Below, one piece after another: positions 57,710-64,000 of a stretch of DNA of 64,000 nucleotides. Location of the stretch: contig OZ024753.1 in the NCBI GenBank assembly GCA_964016885.1, forward strand, positions 2,480,001 through 2,544,000. Direction: 5' to 3'. The DNA comes from Eledone cirrhosa (Eukaryota). Numbering within the stretch: position 1 is the first letter of the stretch; every line of letters starts with the position of its first letter. The position numbers were made by a program, and so were the translations under genes. The notes beneath the pieces were generated by a model. It did no database searches and had not been told where the DNA came from. It was given only the letters and a program-made list of their open reading frames with translations.

Positions 57710-59699
57710 GAAAGATAGATAATAGTAATGAAAGAAAAACAGGAAAAATATTTCAGGGGAAAAATGTGTATAGTTAGCCAGCCATATTGGAAAAATGCAA
57801 ATCAGAATGGGACTCGTGTATTAAGCAATTTTATTTAATCTAAATCTATAGCCATTACATGTATGACTTGGTAGTATCTCTCATTTCAACCCTTCCTCCC
57901 TTGATTCATCAGAACAGCCAGAATGTGACATCTATAAGGAGAGGGGTATATACCAGTACTGGGCTAGTGCTTTCTTTAGCAACTCTGAAAGGATTAAATG
58001 CAAAGTGGACTTCATCAAAATTTGAACCCAGAGTGCATTAACTGCCAATCAGTTCAATATCTAAAATGGATTTTACATTTGTATTCCTGCAGATTATTAT
58101 GTAATATGATAGCGGCAGTTATTTCCATACTAGTGCAGGTTGGGTTTTCTTTTATGAATTTGGTTTTGGAAGACATGTTTTATTTTTACTTTTCTTTGTG
58201 CTGTACGAGTCTGTTGAGTGAGGTTAAATGTAATTTTATGGATTACATTTGCTTGAGTTCATGGGTAGCTTTGGTTTATTGTAGATTTATTTACATTCAG
58301 GTTAAGGCAATTGATAGTCTTAGTTATATATATGTACATCATACCTTGATACTGTGTGGACTGAATTCCCTTGCAGTTTGTATTTTGGGATCAATCAGGT
58401 TTTCTGAAACCTAAGATATTATAAATAGAAGTCTTGCTATTTGAAACATTTTATGGGGTGTATGAAGCAAAGTGTTTCGAATTTGAGGAATAAATCAGGT
58501 AAGAGTAGGAGAAGTAAGATTAATCAAGTGAGCTGGAGAAAATATTGTATGCAGCTTGCTAGTTCTGATGAGCAGACACAGTTGTAGTAATTGTGGAAGA
58601 ATCAAAATGAATAGAAATTACATCTGTGAGCTGGAAAGCAAAGCTTTGCTAAGCAGTTCAATGGCCTTATTTGCAATGTGTGCTCGGATAGCTTCTGCAG
58701 AGATATGTATTCCATTCTATCATGAGAGTTACCCAAGCTTTGTAATTTGACTTGTCATATTTTCATGATTTATTGTCTATATTTATTAGAATAAAATAAT
58801 TCTTGATATGTTCTGGTGTAAATCAAGAGATGTTATTTTCCATCAGATGCCTTATTTTCCTTCTACTTCCTTATACCAGATTCTTACCTCCATATGCATT
58901 TTATATTTTATTTTATTTTTTCTCTGGGACTTATATTGAGTCTTCTTTGATAATAATACTTAGCTGTTTCCTACTACCATATGCTTTTAATATTCTTTTT
59001 GGGATTGATCTGTGATTTACATTTATTCATTCTTGTCATCTTTTAAGGACCAAGTTCTTTATCAATTCTTTTGAAAAGATAATGAAAAAATAACATTCTA
59101 TTATCATAAGAGTTAAGAGAAAAGTAAAACAGTGTTTTTGTAAGCTAGTTGATATTACAGTTTTTCTAAACTAGTCTTTCATCTTCTTTATATCTTAGTT
59201 TTTTTCTTTAGTTAGGAAAACTAGTTAATCTTAAAAATGAATCTCAATAAAAATCATGAAAAATTATCAGAATAAAAACCCTCGTGATTTAAAACAAGAC
59301 TTCATATTTTGACAGTCAGATTATATTGTAACTTTTGATCACAGGGATCTCTCATTCTCTATTGCAAAACTTTCCTTAATAAAGAATTTTCTTCTTAAAC
59401 AAAACAGAATAAATCAAACAAGGTAATGTCCCACAGCAGTATAAACTACTTGGTCATCTTTGAAGACTTAATATTTTAAAAGAAAAGACACTGGAATATT
59501 TTCTGTTGTTTTCTTCAGCACCAGAGAAAAATAATTTAACTTTTCCTGCATCAGTGATTGCTACATATCTATAGTACTGCTGGAGACAAAATGATTTTTG
59601 GCAAAATCCTGATGAAGCAAAATGAATCATTTCCCTTTTTGCAGTTAAATTATGACAATATCGACAAAGCCAAATGTAATCCACATATATTACATATGA

Positions 59700-60100
59700 A
59701 TTGAATATTATTAACCATCTTTCCAACAACAACCTTGAGCACCTTTTTGAATGCCGTGTGTCTAACACCTGTGGACATGCTTACAAAATCAAAAAACAGC
59801 ACAGCTCCCATGATTTTTGGAAACATTTTTCATGCTCAGAGTTGCTGAAGCATGGAACAAACTACCTGCATCAGTTGTTAGCTGTCAGGACACTGCATCC
59901 TTCAAAACTTCCATGCTTCCTAAAATTCTCTAACACTACACCTCATATACCCCTTCCATACACACGCACATATGTATCTGTGTGTATATGATGACTCATA
60001 CACTGTTCACCTTCCTGACATTTGTACATTATTCTATACATGCACTTTTGATGAGTTCTGGTTCACCTGAGTACTGTACACAACAATTTTCATTATGATT
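59700..60100 (+). mobile_element. CR1/L2-group LINE 3' end
   Basis: NT.GHAYKIKKQ...KHF..RVAEAWNKLPASVV...SFK, then UTR and an att-rich tail. Confidence 0.8.
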
Positions 60101-60674
60101 ATTATTATTTTATTAAAGGCAATAGAAGTACTCCTACTACATAACATTTTCATATGTAGTGTATAATTTTTCAATACGACTCTGTAAAATTTCTAAATAC
60201 GCTGCATAGTATTTTGATTTCTACTGAATAATATTTCTTTATATGTTGCCAAATATAGCCATATTTTTTATTTGTTTTGGTAAAGGTGTGTAGCATATTT
60301 GACATTTTGTGCTTGGTTAACAAACTTAAATAACAACAGAAAATCAATTACCTTATAGATGATCAAGTGCTCTTTAAATATCTTTTTGCTTTCCTCCCAG
60401 CACTAATTAAACCTATTTATGCTTAATGAAACAGCAGTCTTTGATAGCTAATTGCTAATTGGTAAGGATTCAATTGTCTCTAAATAAGCATGGAACTTTA
60501 ATAGAATGACGTGTACTGAAATGTGTTTCCTAATTATATTTCCTCATGAAATATTTTCAAGACAAAATCCCATTCTCTGTAAGTATCTATTCACATATTA
60601 AGCTAACAATCTTTATATAGGAATAAGAACAACATATGCACACATACAGACACATGCATATATACATAATATAT

Positions 60675-60995
60675 ATCATCATCATCATCGTTTAACGTCT
60701 ATCTTCCACGCTAGCATGGGTTTAGACGGGAATTGTCCCACGCGAGGCAAGATTAGTTGTCTTGCTCGTATAGGACTCTCTGGCAGATTTTCTACAGCTG
60801 GATGCCCTTCCTAACACCAACCACGTTTACAGTGTGGACTGGAAAGTTTTTACCGTGTTACCTACATGGCCACATTACAGCGTGGGCTGTGTGTTTTTTT
60901 GTCGTGACACCTACACAACCTTATTTATTTAGGACTGGATGTTGTGGCACCAACATAACTTTACAGAGAAAGGGGCGGTGTAGATGGGGGCGGGG
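60675..60995 (-). mobile_element. Diverged R-A 3' UTR fragment
   Basis: Collinear with 44644-44970; (atc)n abuts TA. Confidence 0.9.
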
Positions 60996-61400
60996 CATCC
61001 GAGAAGAATATTTCCAGCAGTGCACAGAATCATGAAAGAGAAGGATGGAAATGTGGATTAGACTTAAAGAGAGTTACCGTGAAGTGGGAACCGTGTACTT
61101 GTTTGAAATTGAAACAAATTGCTTGTTACACCAGTCATGTTACTTTTCAGACAGACCTCATATTTACATATTGTATATACATACATATATATGTGTACAC
61201 ATATGATATCCTACATACATATGCTTATATGAGAGGTGCTATACAAAACACATACACATACATCAACATATATATATGAATATATATATTCCCTTATGCA
61301 CATACACATATATAAATACATATATATATATAACCAACACACACATAATGAAACTGGAACATCAATGCATTATATATATATATATATATGGCTCCTACAG

Positions 61401-61472
61401 GACTAAAACTATTTCATTCGAACAAAATCAGGAAAGCCCTGGTGATTCCCTTCGAATGAAACAGCTCTAGTC
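61401..61472. repeat. Imperfect hairpin followed by the gtattgagtac motif
   Basis: gactaaaactatttcattcgaa / ttcgaatgaaacagctctagtc. Confidence 0.75.
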
Positions 61473-61548
61473 TTTTCTATATTGAAAATGTATACCCTCT
61501 ATGTATTGAGTACCTTACTTACTCTGGTTACCCCTAATTGAACCCAGA

Positions 61549-61586
<38 letters not shown>

Positions 61587-61824
61587 TTATGTGCCTGCGT
61601 GAAGATGTTTTTTTATACCACCTCTACATATGTGTATGTGTTTGCATTTTTTTTTCATCATTTTACGTCCGCTTTTCCCTTCTTGGAAGGGTGGATATGT
61701 ATGTTTATGTGTGTATGTATATATATATGTATGTGTGTTTGTGGTATGTAGATTGGGAAGACCACAAATCTGTGTGGTGCTCAATGCATGAAGATATATA
61801 TATGTTTATATGTAGATATATATA

Positions 61825-61875
<51 letters not shown>

Positions 61876-62407
61876 ATATATATTATATATATATATACAT
61901 ATATTATATATATATATATATACATGTATATTTATATATATTATATATACAAATATTTTTATGGGATTTCTAAGCTTCAGAATTACAGGTAATACGATTA
62001 TTTCTACATAAGTACCTGGATATTACATATACTTTAGCATACATTCAGTCAGGTAATACTCCTACACATTTTACCCAATAAATATTTATGTTGCGCTACA
62101 ATTTTAGAAAATATAATCTTAAAATAAATCACGACTTGAAATTAAGGTTAAATTTAATCTCATATGAAATATAGTAAAATTTAAAAAAAATATTTTGTTA
62201 AAAATCATTTAACTTAAATTATTATCTTGGCTAAAAAATAAAGCAATATGTCACTGACATTTTGACCACGCCTAGAACCCCAGTAGAAAATGAATATACT
62301 ATCTTAACCAAGATGTATAGACAACATATGTAGGCAGGGCTGTTTATTTGCTTTGGTACTTGTTCAGGCATCCTGTGTGTCTGAATTTACATTATGGTCC
62401 AGTTTGA

Positions 62408-62685
62408 GGAGGCACATGGCCTAGTGGTAAGGGTTTGGGACTTATGGTGATAATGGTGTGGGTTTGATTCCTGGGCTGGGTTGTGTATTGTGTTCTTGAG
62501 TAAAACACTTCATTTCACATTGCTTCAATATACTCAGTTGAAAAAGAGTACCGGCAATAACGAGGTTTAACCCTGCGAAGGACTGGCATCCTGTCTAGTA
62601 GGGAGTCTTGTACTCTGTTACTTCACATCAAGGGACTAGGATAAGCACTGGCCTGATGAGCCTCTGCACTCCAAACAGACTTTAG
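62408..62685 (+). mobile_element. CORE-type SINE with a further tail type
   Basis: ggaggcacatggcctagtgg head, ttcttgagtaaaacacttca core, tail ccctgcgaaggactggcatcc..ggcctgatgagcc. Confidence 0.8.
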
Positions 62686-63240
62686 TGGTTCAATTTACAT
62701 ATCCTGCTTTAAGGGTTAATAAATAAATAGATGAGATTTGGATAGAAAGTGTAAGAAAGTGAGATAATGATATAAGGCAGAAAGACTTTCATCGAGAGTT
62801 ACTTCCTTTCTGAAGCATCACAGATTCAAAGAATATATTGGATGTTCATTTACAAAGTATCCTTGGTTGTGTGGCTGTGTTATAATATTATGTATGAGCG
62901 TTTCTACATAAACTCACAATGGCATAGATACATATATACATATACAAACTCATGCACACTCTGATATACTTACATACATAATGGTATATATGTATGACTT
63001 GGGCGCAAATTTGGATATGGTCATAAATAGACCTTGAAACAGTAGATTGTGCTTTTTGCTCTGTGTATTAACTTGAATAAATAATATAATACACACGCAC
63101 ACACACACATACACACACATATATGTATATATATTTATATCCAGGGTGTGTAACATGAAGTTACAGTAGGTTCACCCAGGTGAGCACTCGATGTTTAGAT
63201 TCACATCAGTATCGAGGTGTAGAGCTAGACAGTGTGTAAT

Positions 63241-63424
63241 ATAATTGTTTCTACTTTTGGCACAAGGCCAGCAATTATCCCAGTATATTACTGGTACTTT
63301 ATTTTATCGACCCCGTAAGGATGAAAGCAAAGTTAACTTCAGCAGGATTTGAACTCAGACCGCAAAGGGACGTAACTATGCTGGAAAGCATGGCATCCGA
63401 CCCTCTACCGATACTGCCAATCCA
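63241..63424 (-). mobile_element. S2 SINE
   Basis: Reverse complement of the 35984-36169 type. Confidence 0.92.
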
Positions 63425-63425
63425 T

Positions 63426-63623
63426 AAGGACGATTTTTTTAAAGCCTTCATTACGTTTATTGATTAGTGATGCACGTTTCGCTATTGATCAGCTCAAGGT
63501 TTGATCTGTATCGATCTGGACCAACTCTGGAATCAAAAGCTCGTCGGACCTCTGCTGTTGTAATGACATTACAAGGCACATCAGCAATCAATAAACATAA
63601 TGAAGCCTTAACAAATTGTCCTT
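63426..63623. repeat. ~200-bp element with ~45-bp imperfect inverted ends containing a hammerhead 3' half
   Basis: aaggacgatt..cttcattacgtttattgatt vs aatcaataaacataatgaag..aattgtcctt; minus strand TGA-GCT-gatcaat-AGC-GAAAC-GTGC-ATC. Confidence 0.65.
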
Positions 63624-64000
63624 GTATTATTATATTATATATATAGGCTTTCATGTTTTTTGCACAAGTTACCAGCTTTGATGCATCTTCTATTCAAAAT
63701 GCCTCTATATCTATAGTTGCAGATAATATCTATCATGAGCAGAATGGAAGTCAACATAACAATTATGAAAATCATTCAACATTACAATTCAACTTCATCC
63801 TAAAGCAGTGTAGTGTAAAACTCTTATTTTGATACCTATTTAGAGCTAGATGAAATTAGTCTCTTATGAGTAAGTGTTTATTGTAAAAACAAAGCTCTAA
63901 TACTATTAAGATAGGTGATGCCAGCTTTGCAGATTTCATGATAACCTTTCAAATTAACCATACTTATTTCCTAATGAAGTTGTAAATATTTTGTCTTCTT

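Noticed and set aside
59450-59580. Minus-strand exon candidate with ttttgtctccag acceptor
   Set aside because: All three frames contain stops, no homology recognised, and the strand conflicts with the other weak candidates.
62650-62680. ctgatgag as a hammerhead core (also ctgatga at ~32750, 58566, 59609)
   Set aside because: No helix II plus GAAA follows; at 62650 it is part of a SINE tail.

Overview
AT-rich animal genomic DNA with no confidently identifiable host protein-coding gene. The SINE types, TTAGGG repeat and very long (TA)n arrays suggest a coleoid cephalopod, probably an octopus (inference). The window is a nest of mobile elements around kb-scale compound (TA)n/(CA)/(TG) arrays. 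The centrepiece is an apparently intact, young RTE-clade LINE (~5617-9680). Its single APE+RT ORF carries a Cys4-His-Cys3 PHD finger inserted near the end of the RT domain. This LINE, its truncated copies, its tRNA/CORE-type partner SINE, a bipartite non-autonomous RTE, a CR1 LINE and several Penelope-like relics lie in or abut (TA)n tracts. A second SINE family instead inserts at ATTA(T/C)T sites with 12-20 bp duplications. Also present: decayed minimal hammerhead ribozymes, hairpin mini-elements, a twin-priming-type inverted RTE, mariner and piggyBac-like relics, an R4/Dong-like fragment and an interstitial telomeric tract. The long I/Y-rich ORFs are microsatellite artefacts. All alignments were done by eye, and family names come from motif recognition, not database searches.
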